Source: Octopus sinensis (Eukaryota). Taken from it: a stretch of 64,000 bases of DNA. This document shows, in pieces, positions 1 through 12,065 of this stretch. The DNA lies in assembly GCF_006345805.1 (NCBI RefSeq), contig NC_042997.1, forward strand, positions 24,366,001 to 24,430,000, given 5' to 3'. The position numbers were made by a program, and so were the translations under genes. Within the stretch, counting starts at the first letter, position 1. Each line of letters starts with the position of its first letter. The notes below the pieces were generated by a model. That model saw only the letters and a list, made by a program, of their open reading frames with translations. It ran no database searches and was not told where the DNA came from.

Positions 1-648
1 TCGATATAATCGACTTAATCCCTTTGTCTGTTCTTGTTTGTCCTCTCTGTGTTTATCCCCTTGTGGGTAGTAAAGAAATAGGCATTTTGTCTGTCGCTAC
101 CCTTTGAGTTCAAATCCCGGTGAGGTGGGCTTTGCTTTTCATCCTTTCGGGGTCGATTAAATAAGTACCAGTTACGTATTGGGGTCGATGTGATCGACTC
201 AATCCGTTTTTCCCCCTCTCTTTGTGGCCCCTTGTGGGCAGTAAAGAAAAAAAAACGTTAGCACGCCGGACGAAATGCTTAGTGGTATTTCGTCTGCCGC
301 TACGTTCTGAGTTCAAATTCCGCCGAGGTCGACTTGTCTTTCATCCTTTCGGGGTCGATTAAAGAAGTACCAGTTACAGCACTGGGGTCGATGGAATAGA
401 CTTAATACCTATGTCCGTCCTTGTTTGTCTCCTCTATGTTTAGCCCCTTGTGGGTAATAAATAAATAGGTATATCGTCTGCCGCTACGGTCTAAGTTCAA
501 ATTCCGCCGAGGTCGACTTTGTCTTTCATCGGGGTCGATAAATTAAGTACCAGTTACGCACTGGGGTCGATATAATCGACTTAATTCGTTTGTCTATCCT
601 TGTTTGTCCACCCCGGTGTGTAGCCCTTGTGGGCAGTAAAGAAATACG
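1..648 (+). mobile_element. Tandem array (~3.5 units of ~190 bp) of a tRNA-derived Meta-domain SINE (family A)
   Basis: Repeated unit TTCTGAGTTCAAATTCCGCC (B-box-like) - GAGGTCGACTTTGCCTTTCATCCTTTCGGGGTCGATAAA..AAGTACCAG (resembles the MetaSINE/Sauria-SINE central domain) - pyrimidine tail - GTGGGTAGTAAAGAAATA; same family at 8513, 9866, 19340, 47670. Confidence 0.85.
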
Positions 649-649
649 A

Positions 650-935
650 AATGACAGGAGGAAGCCCAAATACTGCGACTTAATGTTAATCACCCGGGTG
701 GCCTTTTGTGCTGACTGTAATATCGGTATGGGTAGCATGAGTACCGTCCATCTAGAGGAGTAGTCCTCTCTTGTGAGCTTGTTGTTGATTAGCGCCAAGT
801 CAGCATTGAACGCAGATTCACGATCAAAGTTGTTCGAGCTGTGAACATTCTGAATTTTTCTTTCTTTACAGAAATGGTTTTCGAGATATTCAGTATCTTC
901 ACAAAATAGCGAAATCTTCGACATGTTTAGTGACT
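650..935 (-). other. Unassigned transposon-like coding relic (non-SINE part of ORF 526-972)
   Basis: Complex sequence with an open frame; ADLALINN...INIKSQY weakly recalls RT motifs (D..LN / IDxKSAY) and another frame (AHKRGLL) weakly recalls Helitron Rep-Hel linker. Not resolvable by eye. Confidence 0.25.
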
Positions 936-1017
936 CGGTTAATTTACAACACACCAAATCTACTCTTGTCAACTACCCTTGTCAAGACATGTATATAAAT
1001 GAGGCTTTTTTTCGTTT

Positions 1018-1484
1018 ATGATTCATATACCTTCTTCGGTCGTGAATGACCATGGGATTGCACCTAGAAAGTTACCCTCCGAGGCACATGACTGGGCAAG
1101 GTTGGTTATAGAAGACCAGCAGTGGCCCACGCATGCCAGCCTCTCCTCTCCACGCCACCGATGTTATCCATGGGAAAGGCAAAGGCCGATACAGCTTGGC
1201 ACCATTGACGTCGCAGCTCATTCATTAACGCGCAATTGGCTGAGCACTCCACAGACACGTGTACCCTTAACATAGTACATAGGTACAACAGAAACAGGAA
1301 GAAAGAGTGAGAGAAAGTTGTGGTGAAAGAGTACAGCAGGGTTCACCACCACCCCCTGCCGGAACTCCGTGGAGCTTTAGGTGTTTTCCTTCAATAAAAA
1401 CTCAGAATGCCTGGTCTGGGAATCGAAACCGCGATCCTACAATCGCGATTCCGCTGTCCTAACCACTGGGCCATTGCGCCTCCA
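1018..1484 (-). mobile_element. Composite tRNA-derived SINE (family B head/body 1240-1484 joined to another SINE body 1018-1215)
   Basis: Minus strand starts TGGAGGCGCAATGGCCCAGTGGTTAGG (A box) ... GGTTTCGATTCCCAG (B box); homologous to 5405-5783 and 20154-20460; left part homologous to 34725-34925. Confidence 0.8.
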
Positions 1485-1954
1485 TTCGTTTATGATATAG
1501 ATAGTTGAATTTACCGTGTTACATTTTCTATATATTTTTGATAACAATCAAAATGAATGTTCTAAAATATGAAGCTCATTACTTATGCTTTTCCTATTGT
1601 CCCATCTACATATGTCTGCAGTAATTTTGAGGCGAAGAGACTAGTCAATATAATCTACCGAGGCACTTGCTCTGTGCTTTGTATTATAAACCCTGAAAGG
1701 ATAAACGGCAAAGTTTGCTATGGTGGGATTTGAAATCATTTGTTATGATCCAGTAGAAATACACCAGGGCATGTTTTCCGACACCCTAAAAATTTTCACA
1801 GTACACAGCCTTTCATATGACTTTACTAATTTCGACGAATTCCATAACTGAAACTTGGAATTTAGTGCAGACAGTTTGAAAGCGAGTAGAGATAAAACAA
1901 ATGCAGAAGATTCAAGTATAACCTAAACCATCATACATCTGTTTTTTTTTTTAT

Positions 1955-2217
1955 TAAATTGCTGAGTCATTGGAATGTGGATATACTGGGGCAGCGCCTT
2001 CAAGAATTTAGCCAAATAAATCGACCCCAGTTCAAATTCTAACATATTCTATCAGACTTTTATGCCGAACCGCTAATGTACGGAGATTTAAACAAACAAA
2101 CACACATTGTCAGACTCTGGGCGGGAAAGGGGGAAAACACACACACACACACATACACACACATGCACGCATTCTTATACATATATGCTGTTTCGGTGTA
2201 TTAAAATCACTCACAAG
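1955..2217 (-). mobile_element. Degraded SINE family C (microsatellite-containing)
   Basis: ATCGACCCCAG, GCCGAACCGCTAA, internal (CA)n and TCACTCACAAGG match family C copies. Confidence 0.6.
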
Positions 2218-2479
2218 GTAAGATGTCTTTTTCTTAAATATAATTTCGTCATGAAAATAACTCCTCATTAATATTTTTCATTTAATCATTCGTCCAATTT
2301 TCCTCCCAAGATTTAAAGGTAGTCCGAAGATTCACAGTTTGTTCTATATTTTTCTTAAATTTCAGCCGTTAAAACAAACGTGTTGTACCAACTTTTGAAA
2401 CATATTTTCTATCAGTGATTTAAAGCGGACTTTCGTATATTACGAATTTAATCCTACTTTCCAGGTGGAGGACAGATAA

Positions 2480-3500
2480 ATAATAGATCCTGTTGTTTAT
2501 TACTAAATCCTGTGGATAGTAAATTGTCAATTGGATTTCCATTGAGAGAAGATACAACTGGATAATGCTAATGAAGTTAAATATTTTTTATGGTTGCAAT
2601 GTAGTGGTCGCTAGGAATATGTATGGAGGAAATTAGTTCTAAAGGGGAACAATATTAGGAACGAAGCTTTGTGTAAATAACTTGCTATGGATTCTAGTTT
2701 GTGAGATGTAGTAATAGGAGCACTGAACAGAGAGGGTGTGTCTTTAGAGGAAGCTGACGTCAAGCTGGTGTACTGCCAGGAATATTCTGCCTGTAAAGAG
2801 CTCTTCAAAATATTAGATAAGTGCTGTATGTTTGATTATACCATTGTCTCAAAAGATATCTTAAGTGGCTTAGTGAAGTCACTGACATAATACACCGCCC
2901 GAATAGATTATATATTATAACTAAAGATATTTTACATGTGAAACTGAAAATCCAGTGCTTGCGCTATATAGTTTTCTTTGGCTAAGCACTTTTCTTTGCT
3001 CGAGTGGCTTTACACAGTTGGAAAAGACGTACAAGTTCCAATGCATTGTCGTTTAGTTTCATTGAGATGTATGCTTTCATTAAATACACCTGCTTCAATA
3101 TAATAAAAATCTTGCATGATTAAAAGTCAAAAGCCGATGAGTCGTGTTGCCAAAGAGAATTAAGTGAGATACAGGAAGTTCACGAAAAACCATTGAGGCA
3201 AATCTAAAAGCACTTTGTTAGCTCTTGTGTCTAGCTTTACCACCATTTATGCTTATATCTCTCCAGGATTTCTATATCACAACGTAAGATAATCAGGTTT
3301 ATATATAAGCAAGTTTTCTTCATGAAAGTCTTTAAGTTAAAGACAAACTGTAGTAGGTTAGCAGAAGCAATCATTTTCACATCGATGAATCCCCCAACAT
3401 GGAAGAGCGGAAAGAGAAGTGAACATGCTTAGCTTTCAACATGATTGTAAGAAATTACAGTAGATTGCTTTATCTTGTGGAAGAATTTCGCTGTCAAAAT
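2480..3500 (-). pseudogene. Possible heavily decayed L1/Tx1-like ORF2 relic
   Basis: ORF 2611-2808 LFSAPITTSHKLESIASYLHKA resembles the L1 'L..PIT..E...AI......K.PG' segment preceding RT; many stops. Confidence 0.25.
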
Positions 3501-3764
3501 ATAATAGGGAAATACCATTCTCTCTTCGTGGTTTCAATCGGAGGAAAATTCACCAGAGAAACAGAAATTTTCAAAATTGGAGGAAGAAAACTTAATATTG
3601 ATGCATTATAAGAAATTTAGAAAACTAAAAACATTTATCACACAGACACACAGACGCATACATACGCGCATACACTTTGGCGTACACATGCTCACTTGCA
3701 CAAATTTATATGCATATATATGATGCTTGCATATATAAATATATACATAGATCCACCGCGTATA

Positions 3765-4161
3765 TCTTTATATATAAAAGTGAAGTTGTGTGTCTGTCTC
3801 CTACGATTTAGATTCCTAACTACTCCCACATTTTGCGGTGCAGTGTAACCAAACGTGGGTATCTTATAGTCGTGATTCATATCGAGCCCTTCTGGGTATT
3901 AGCGCGCATCTACGATGAGTCTACGATTTTAAAAATAATTTACCATCATTTTTTTCCATTTTGATGCATTTTTCCGCTATTATATAAGGGAAGTAACTCT
4001 CTAAAATTGTCTACGATGAGTCAACGATTTAAAAAAAAAATTACCATCATTTTTTTTCCATTTTTAATGCATTTTTTTGCTATTTTGGGGCTATAACTCT
4101 CTAAAAATGCTTATATAGTTATTTCCCTTACAAACCCGAACAACGCCGGGCGATACTGCTA

Positions 4162-4162
<1 letters not shown>
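3765..4162 (+). mobile_element. Non-autonomous Helitron (398 bp)
   Basis: Starts TC (3765) after A, ends CTAG (4159-4162) before T; subterminal hairpin CCCG-aacaacgc-CGGG (4135-4150); no TSD; internal ~100-bp imperfect direct repeat (CTACGATGAGTC...). Confidence 0.8.
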
Positions 4163-4197
<35 letters not shown>

Positions 4198-4199
4198 CA

Positions 4200-4620
4200 G
4201 TTGCAGGTGTGGCTGTGTGTGTGCTAAGAAGCTTGCTTCTCAACCACATAGTTCCGGGTTCATTTCCACAGCATAACACCTTGGGCAAATATCTTCCACT
4301 ATAGCCGACCAAACCTCGTGAACAGAAATGGTAGCTGGATGTTGAAGGAAGCCCGTGGTATTCAGACAGACAGACACACACACACACATATGTGTATGTA
4401 TGTATGAATATGTGTGTATGTATCTCTGTCTGTATTTGTCCCCCAACACCACTTGAAGACCGGTATTAGTGTGTTTACGTCCCCGTTCAGTAAAAATAAT
4501 CTGATAGAATAATAGTAGGCTTGAAAATATATCCTGCGTCGATTTGCTCGACTAAAACACTTTAAACAGAGCCCCAGCATTGCCACACACAAATGACAGA
4601 AACAAGTAAAAGTCAAAAGA
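4200..4620 (+). mobile_element. SINE family C, diverged full-length copy
   Basis: Head GTGGCTGTGTG..AAGCTTGCTTCTCAACCACATAGTTCCGGGTTC, CCTTGGGCAA, internal microsatellite, tail GAAACAAGTAAAAG. Confidence 0.75.
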
Positions 4621-4804
4621 TATATATATAAGGCTTAAAGAAAGAGCTCACACACTAGAAACAAATTTCTCCCCCCACCCCCAAACGGTTAGCAACAACC
4701 TCATAAATGATTTCATAGCACCTTTTCAAAAGATATTTTTAAAAGAGATCACCTTTACACTACATAAATTTGTATTAAGTAATCCTCATAGACTTTCATG
4801 TATG

Positions 4805-4844
<40 letters not shown>

Positions 4845-4846
<2 letters not shown>

Positions 4847-5065
4847 TCTTTTACTCTTTTAATTGTTTCAGTCATTTGACTGCGGCCATGCTGGAGCACC
4901 GCCTTTAATCGAGCAAATCGACCCCGGGACTTATTCTTTTGTAAGCCCAGTACTTATTCTATCGGTCTCTCTTGCCGAACCGCTAAGTAACGGGGACATA
5001 ACTCACCAGCATCGATTGCCCAGCAATGCTAGGGGGACAAACACAGATACACAAACGCACACATA
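4845..5065 (-). mobile_element. SINE family C, 3' half
   Basis: CTCTTTTACTCTTTT..TGTTTCAGTCATTTGACTGCGGCCATGCTGGAGCACCGCC; ends at the internal microsatellite. Confidence 0.85.
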
Positions 5066-5070
5066 TATAA

Positions 5071-5152
<82 letters not shown>

Positions 5153-5404
5153 TATATATGTATGTATGTATGTATATATTGTATATGTATGTACATATAT
5201 AGAGAGAGAGTTTAATAATTCTAAATAAAATGGCTACGAGAGAAAACGCCGAGATATAAGTTCATTAAAATTTTGAGATATGGCATCAGAACCGAGTCTG
5301 ATCTTTCGTTAATGCACTGTCAACTTCAGACAGGCTGAAGATGTCGGACAAAATGTCGAGGTACTTTATTTTGCAAAGATTATTCTGAACCTATGTGAGA
5401 GGAA

Positions 5405-5783
5405 GTACTCCGCCTGTTACGACGATGAGGGTTCCGGTTGATCCGAATCAACGGAACAGCCTGCTCGTGAAATTAACGTGTAAGTGGCTGAGCACTCCAC
5501 AGACACGTGCACCCTTAACGTAGTTCTCGGGGGATATTCAGCGTGACACAGAGAGTGACAAGGCCGGCCCCTTGAAATACAGGTACAACAGAAACAGGAA
5601 GTAAGAGTGAGAGAAAGTTGTGGTGAAAGAGTACAGCAGGATCACTACCATCCCCTGCCGAACCGTGGAGCTTTTAGGTGTTTTCGCGCTCAATAAACAC
5701 TCACAACGCCCGATCTGGGAATCGAAACCGCGATCCTACGACCGCGAGTCCGCTGCCCTAAACACTGGGCATTGCGCCTCCAC
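5405..5783 (-). mobile_element. tRNA-derived SINE family B, full length
   Basis: Minus-strand head GTGGAGGCGCAATGCCCAGTGTTTAGGGCAGCGGACTCGCGGTCGTAGGATCGCGGTTTCGATTCCCAG with A/B boxes. Confidence 0.85.
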
Positions 5784-5819
<36 letters not shown>

Positions 5820-6117
5820 TGGCCTGACTACGAGACACGAAGCATCTCTTCGTCTCGTCCCTTGACTTTCATCTCCGATGTTCATCTATGCTCCTGCGCC
5901 AAGGCTTTCACTCCACACGCGCCGGCTGAACTTGATTCATGTCTATTAGTCGAAAGACACCTATTGTCACTTTCTTGTTTGTATTTGTAATTAGGTAACA
6001 TTCTCTCCGTTTATTTTCTTCTTTTATTTTATTTCATTTTTTTTATTTTGTTGTTGTACATATTCGTTTGCTTTCTCGCAAAATATTTAGCACCTTTAGC
6101 TTAGATTTTTGGGGTCA

Positions 6118-6302
6118 TCCAGATTTGAACAGTGTCAAGTGTAACCGGCCGAAACTGTAGGGATAATCTGGAAACTTGACTGATGAGAGAAGGCCACGGA
6201 TAGCCCGTCTTTCTTTTGTCCTGTCCGTTCTTTTGTTGTTTTCCTGTCCTCCTTCGTATCGTCCGGATTTTTTATCGTCGTGTGTTACGTTCTTGTTCCA
6301 TT
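6118..6302. repeat. Dispersed ~185-bp repeat (second copy ~35800-35990)
   Basis: Shared CCAGAT..TCAAGTGTAAC..CCGAAA..TCTGG.ACTTGACT.ATGA.AGAA.GCCA..A..CCCGTCTTT; family unknown. Confidence 0.6.
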
Positions 6303-7239
6303 TATATGTATATGTATATATATAGATAGATAAAGAGACAGACAGACAGACAGACAGATAGACAGACAGATAGACAGAAAGTGCAAGAAATGGTAAACAC
6401 AGTACAAACATCCAATGGTCTGATTGTACAGGTTAGCGCATATCATTTCATACATGAGTGATACTAGTTCGAACACCAACCGAAATAGATTGAACTTCAC
6501 ATTCCAGTATTGGTGTTGTATAAAAATTTATATTTTGATACACTATATCTGTGAATAATGTTTACAAAATATTATAGTATCTCGACATTTTGTCCGATAT
6601 TTTAAGCATGTCTGAAGTAGACACTGCATTAACGAAAGATCGGACGAATTTTAATGAACTTGTAACTCGGTGTTTTATCTCTTGCCTTTTTATCAAGAAA
6701 CATTATTAACTCTATGGATTTCACCTGTATTCATATAATATATATATATATATATAGCGTCGTACGTACACTTTGGTCTCTTATATATAAGTATACATTT
6801 TTTCTAAATCTTGTACGACTCTATTTCTGTCCATCAGCCTTTCACGCTTATTCGTGAAATATAATTTCACTTGTTTAATTCTTTTTCTTTTGCTTTTGAC
6901 TTATTATACAAAAGTTTGAAAAAAATAGTCAACTGAAAAACTGTGTTCGTGTGATTTATTTACTCATTTTCACTTAAAGCTAAAAGACATAGGATTTTGA
7001 GACTTGTTATTTTACTAAGCTTGCAAAAGTAAAGAGCGAAAGAATTTCTTTGAAACTCCGATAATGTAAACAGCTTACCACCAAGAATGTTAAAGAGATA
7101 TAAACGGGCCAAATATTGTAACAATAACAACAATCATTTTTAAAAACAGTCGAAGTAGCAAAGCAAACTACAGACTTTAAGAATAGAGTTTAGGAAAGAA
7201 ATAAATATAGAAAAGCAAATAAAGTAACAAGTATAGTGT

Positions 7240-7950
7240 GAAATTTAGAACATTTTGCGTTTTTAATTGTTTCGGTCATTGGTCTGCGGACATGTTGGAA
7301 CACTGCCTTGAAAGGTTTAGTCTAAAAAAAAGGGCCTCGGTACGTATTTGCTTTAAACCCTAGTATTTATTCTGTCTCTTTTACCGAAACACTCAATTAT
7401 AGAGACGAAACAAAGCAACACACACACACACATATACATATGTGAAAGCTCATGGCTTAGTTGTCAGAGTGTTGCACTCACGATAGCGAGGTCGTGGTTT
7501 CGATTCTCAGACTGGGCATTGCGTTGTGTTCTTAAGAAAAGCACTTTATTTCACGTACTTCTACGATCATTTCGTCATATGACATACCTGTACCGAGACG
7601 CACCTGTACTGGTGATGTCGATTCGATGGAAGGATCGAGCTTATGTGAACGCAAACATTTAATCACTATCAACAAATGATCGGTGTGGTTGTTCGGCAAG
7701 AAATTGCTGAACCTTCCTACGTCGTCTGACGACGGAAGAGTCTATGATATATCTGCATACGCTCGACAGACGTCTTCAGTTTCTTTTTACCAAATTCACT
7801 CGGTTATGATTGGTCGGTCGGAGGCTATATTAGAAAACACTAGTCCAAGGTACAACGTAACGGATTTGAATTCTAAACAGAAAAAAAAAGAAATATCAAA
7901 AGCAGCCACGGAGCTGTAATGCGAGGTTTTTAACCACAGAGCTATGCCTG
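7240..7950. mobile_element. Cluster of degraded SINE pieces (family C 3' half on - at 7240-7430; CORE-like SINE head on + at 7440-7550; family C head on - at 7750-7950)
   Basis: Local similarity to intact copies; 7440 piece has A box CATGGCTTAGTTG and B box GGTTTCGATTC followed by CORE-like TTGTGTTCTTAAGAAAAGCACTT. Confidence 0.6.
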
Positions 7951-8343
7951 TACAATGAATTTTTCTAAGAAAAATATAATTATATAAACAACCATTTATA
8001 TTCTATAATTGAAGGCATAGCTTTAACACAGATCGAAAATATTCTACTTTTGTCACATGTTTTGGGGATAGGAATTACTATAACGCTATACTCCATGGCC
8101 CATGTCTCCCTCCATTAGGTTTACATCACTTGTAGACGATTACCTATTATGTCTGCCGGTGATTCCCCAGATATTGAGCATCGGCCAAATTTCGAGCATG
8201 TAACACTTCGTTTGATAAACATCTATGGCACGACAAGTCAATTACGCTTGCGTCATAAACTTATATGATCTTGATTTTCATTGAGTGAAATCGATATCCC
8301 CGAACGATTGATGCCAATATTTGACGACAAACTCTTCACCGTA

Positions 8344-8423
<80 letters not shown>

Positions 8424-8474
8424 AACTCACACACGTTGATGCTACGAGTAAGGAAAATTTTTCTCTCCCCCACC

Positions 8475-8512
<38 letters not shown>

Positions 8513-8514
<2 letters not shown>

Positions 8515-8743
8515 GGCGGCGAGCTGGCAGAGACGTTAGCACGCCGGGCGAAATGCGTAGCCGTATTTCGCCTGCCGTTACGTTCTGAGTTCAAATTCCG
8601 CCGAGGTCGACTTTGCCTTTCATCCTTTCGGGGTCGATAAATTAAGTACCAGTTCCGCACTGGGGTCGATGTAATCGACTTGATCCGTTTGTCTGTCCTT
8701 GTTTGTCCCCTCTGTGTTTAGCCCCATGTGGGTAGTAAAGAAA
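8513..8743 (+). mobile_element. Meta-domain SINE (family A), full-length monomer
   Basis: Head AAGGCGGCGAGCTGGCAGA.ACGTTAGCACGCCGGGCGAAATG, B box GAGTTCAAATTCC, Meta domain, tail GTAGTAAAGAAATA. Confidence 0.9.
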
Positions 8744-9472
8744 TATATATATATGTGTATGTATATATATCTATATATATTTGTGTGTGTGTGTATGTAT
8801 GTATGTATGTATGTATGTAAGGAAAATAACTCAAGGCAGAAAATGCTAAAATAATGTTATCGTAAAAAACATTTTAGTACCGGTTTCAGACTTTTAGACT
8901 TTTTCAAAATTCCATAAATTCTCTCTCTCTCTTTCTCTCTCTCTCTATATATATATATGATTCTTCTCTGCTCTCAAATTTTTATATGCTCCACCTAATT
9001 CTATATTTATGTTGTCATTTATGGTTAATCATGTTCAGTATATTGTCATGGCCGAAATAATACAATCATAGTTGGGCACAGCGAAACAATCTTGACTATA
9101 ACACTACAAATACACAAATATATGTATGCATGTATGATATATATGCATGTATTTGATTGTAAGGTGAATTTGATTCTTTGTTTTACCATTTATTTGGACC
9201 GTTATGCTTTTTCATCAAGAGTTTTAACAAATCGATCAAAAACATATAGTTTCCTTCATTTTACACGACTTCTTGCCAATATCCCACTTGCTCGTCAATG
9301 CCTTGACAGTAGTAGTATGATCTTGACTCGAAGAATTCACCGAGCCGCGTTTTCATCACTATGTCGTTGCTGAGCCTTGAGTTAAGCCAAAATCTAAATA
9401 TTCTTTCATAATGTTTCACTCACCAAAATTCGTTAAACCCTGTGGTAATTAGAATATTTAAATACTACTATA

Positions 9473-9720
9473 CGGGGTTGGCCAAAATTTAGCTGACAGT
9501 AAATCAAAACCTTTTTAATTCCAAGATTAAAACAAAAAAATATTTTATATGAGACTTCGCTAATAAATAGGCAAATGTTGAAAACTAAAAATAAAAAATG
9601 GTGATTTTAGCTCACAGCATTCAATTATTAAACATTCATAATTGGAATGAATAAATAAAATTGAATATTGAGTATTAATGGAATTTTGATTTACTGTCGG
9701 GTGACATTTGGGCCACCCCG
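9473..9720. mobile_element. Tc1/mariner-type MITE (248 bp)
   Basis: Imperfect ~40-bp TIRs CGGGGTTGGCCAAAATTTAGCTGACAGTAAATCAAAA / TTTTGATTTACTGTCGGGTGACATTTGGGCCACCCCG flanked by TA (9471-72) and TA (9721-22). Confidence 0.85.
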
Positions 9721-9865
9721 TATTAACTCAAGTTTAAAGAGATACTAGGAAAAATTCCATTAGTCACAGAAATAATAAAATGAAAGGGAAATGAATAGTT
9801 TTGAAAAGAAACAATGATTTAAAAAAAATGAAACATCATAGCAGTGTTAATATACTGTTCAAGCT

Positions 9866-10563
9866 AAGGCGGCGAGCTGGCAGAAACGTTAGTACGCCGG
9901 ACGAAATGCTTAGCAGTATTTCGTCTGCCGTTACGTTCTGAGTTCAAATTCTGCCGAGGTCGACTTTGCCTTTCATCCTTTCGTTGTCGATAAATTAAGG
10001 ACCAGTTACGCACTGGGGTCGATATAATCGACTTAATCCATTTGTCTGTCCTTGTTTGTCCCCTCTGTGTTTAGCCCCTTGTGGGTAGTAAATATTTCGT
10101 CCGTTGTTACGTTCTGAGTTCAAATTCCGCCGAGGTCGACTTTGCCTTTCATCCTTTCGGGGTCGATTAAATAAGTACCAGTTGCGTATTGGTTCGATAT
10201 AATCGACTTAATCTGTTTTATATGTTCTTGTTTGTCCTCTCTGTGTTTAGCTCCTTGTGGGTAGTAAAGAAATAGGTATTTCGTCTGTCATTACGTTCTG
10301 AGTTCAAATTCCGCCGAGGTCGACTTTGCCTTACATTTTTTCAGGGTCGATAAATTAAGTACCAGTTGCGTATTGGGGTCGATCTAATCGACTGGCCCCC
10401 TCCTTCAAACGTTCGGGCCTTGTGCCTATAGTGGAAAAGAATATACTATTCAATCTATCCTTTAGGTGTTGATAAAATAAGTACCAGTAAAGAACTGGGG
10501 TCGATGTAATCGACTTAACCCTTCTCCCGTCTTTCTGACCACGTGCCAAAATTTGAAACCAAT
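9866..10563 (+). mobile_element. Tandem array of family A SINE (one headed unit, headless units and a variant piece)
   Basis: Full head at 9866; later units restart at (GG)TATTTCGTC; last piece ends GTGCCAAAATTTGAAACCAAT. Confidence 0.85.
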
Positions 10564-11859
10564 ATATTATTCAATCTTTCAGATATCAAAGACGACTTCT
10601 TAGACTACAAACTAATAGGAAAAAATAAAGAATGGATATCCCCAGAATAACTGGCTGGAAGTTAGAGATGGAACAAGAGAATCGCAGAGTTCTAGTGGTT
10701 AATTTCGAACACGTTGCACTCGACAACTGTTCCTATGAATCATTATTCCACCCTTAATAACTACTACATAATAATAAAAAAAATTTCGCAACAAGAAATG
10801 AAGAATCGAGTTTGACGTTGAATGCATCTATCGTAACATGATCAGCTGCCTAGAACTTTACAAACTACTCTGAACTAATTTACTAAGTACATGTCATGTT
10901 TGAAACATCAGTATTTTACGTCTGTTTTCGATCGGAGTGCTATGAACCAAAAATCACATTTGCCTCACAATGACACACCGCATAACCTATATTTGGATAT
11001 TTCCGTTCAGTACTTCCTAAAATTTCTTCTTCTAATCATTCATCTTCGGTGTCAAAAGGAGTAAACTTCTTCGCTATCTTATTCCCGCGGCTACTGTTAT
11101 TTTCTCTAACATTCAATTGTTTTCTCATTTATTATTTTTTTTATACCTTTCCTTTTTCTTCTTTTCTTTTTCCACGGTCCTATCTCTTTCAGACTAGTCG
11201 CAATACTACATATTGGCTTATATTGGCTTCTGTTATTCTAATTCACAAAGCTTATTTTCTTTGCTTGATTGAAAAGGAAAAAAGAAAAATAAATGCTCTA
11301 TTAAAGATCTTGTAAAGGTAAACTTTAAAGGACCTCCGGGTATTTATGTATTTTCTCTTTTCATTTTCTCGTGCTGTGATTCATATGTGCGTGCGTGCGT
11401 ACGTGACTCTGTATGTGTGTGTGTGTGTGTGTGTTTATAGAAAATAATTAGGCTTTATATCGAAGCAGTTTCAGATTCTACCTATGTGCTCCTTAAGTAT
11501 ATTACTTCTGTCATCACGTTGAATTTACAATGATGATTTTAGTGAAACCTGATTGAGCGAAATTGGGCAGTAGCTGTTTTTTTTACACACGCATAAATGT
11601 CTTTACACACACACACGTAAATATGTATGTGGATGTGAGTGTTGTGTGTGCGTGTGTGTACACATATATATGCAGAGCCACAGGCAGGAAACGAACATAT
11701 ACGTGTGTGTGTATATGTATATATATATTGCCCTTTTCATAGATAGTATAAATGAATTACACTCGTTTGGTCGTTGTCATTTTCATTTCCGTGTCTTAAT
11801 CCCACATTTATCCATTTTTATCGCATCCTTAACGGTAGCAGACGTTTCTTTGGTTTTGC

Positions 11860-12065
11860 ACCTCGTCTGTATCACTAGCGATTTTTTTCCCCTGTCTTCC
11901 CTTCTCGGGATCTTTCCTTCTCCTATGTTTCCGACGAAGAGCTCCGCTCGAAACGTCAAATCCTCCTTCTTCCCTTCTTTCCTGAACGTCCAATAATACT
12001 TTATTTGTTCCACGTCCTCGCGTTGTTGTTTTTTTTGTTTTTGTTTTCTTGTTTGGATTAACTAT
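11860..12065 (+). mobile_element. PLE pseudo-LTR-like short repeat with minimal hammerhead motif (11927-11961)
   Basis: TGTTT-CCGACGA-A-GAGC-TCC-GCTC-GAAAC-GTC-AAAT: core with U4->C, 4-bp stem II, ACGT palindrome in place of stem III loop. Confidence 0.5.

Larger units (their letters stand above)
5224..6695. repeat. Long inverted-repeat pair (arms ~5224-5385 and ~6553-6695)
   Basis: GATCTTTCGTTAATGCACTGTCAACTTCAGACA..GTCGGACAAAATGTCGAG is the reverse complement of CTCGACATTTTGTCCGATA..TGTCTGAAGTAGACACTGCATTAACGAAAGATC; left arm has a ~23-bp insertion. Confidence 0.8.

Noticed and set aside
1-648. CRISPR-like or satellite array
   Set aside because: Units are ~190-bp SINE copies with no repeat-spacer structure; eukaryotic context, no cas genes.
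5700-5783. tRNA gene (A and B boxes)
   Set aside because: tRNA-like head runs directly into a SINE body repeated elsewhere; treated as SINE, as are other heads.
6118-6215. Permuted hammerhead (GAAAC upstream of CTGATGA)
   Set aside because: Stem II partners are not adjacent to the core, no NUH in register, and the second copy (35800) has CTAATGA.
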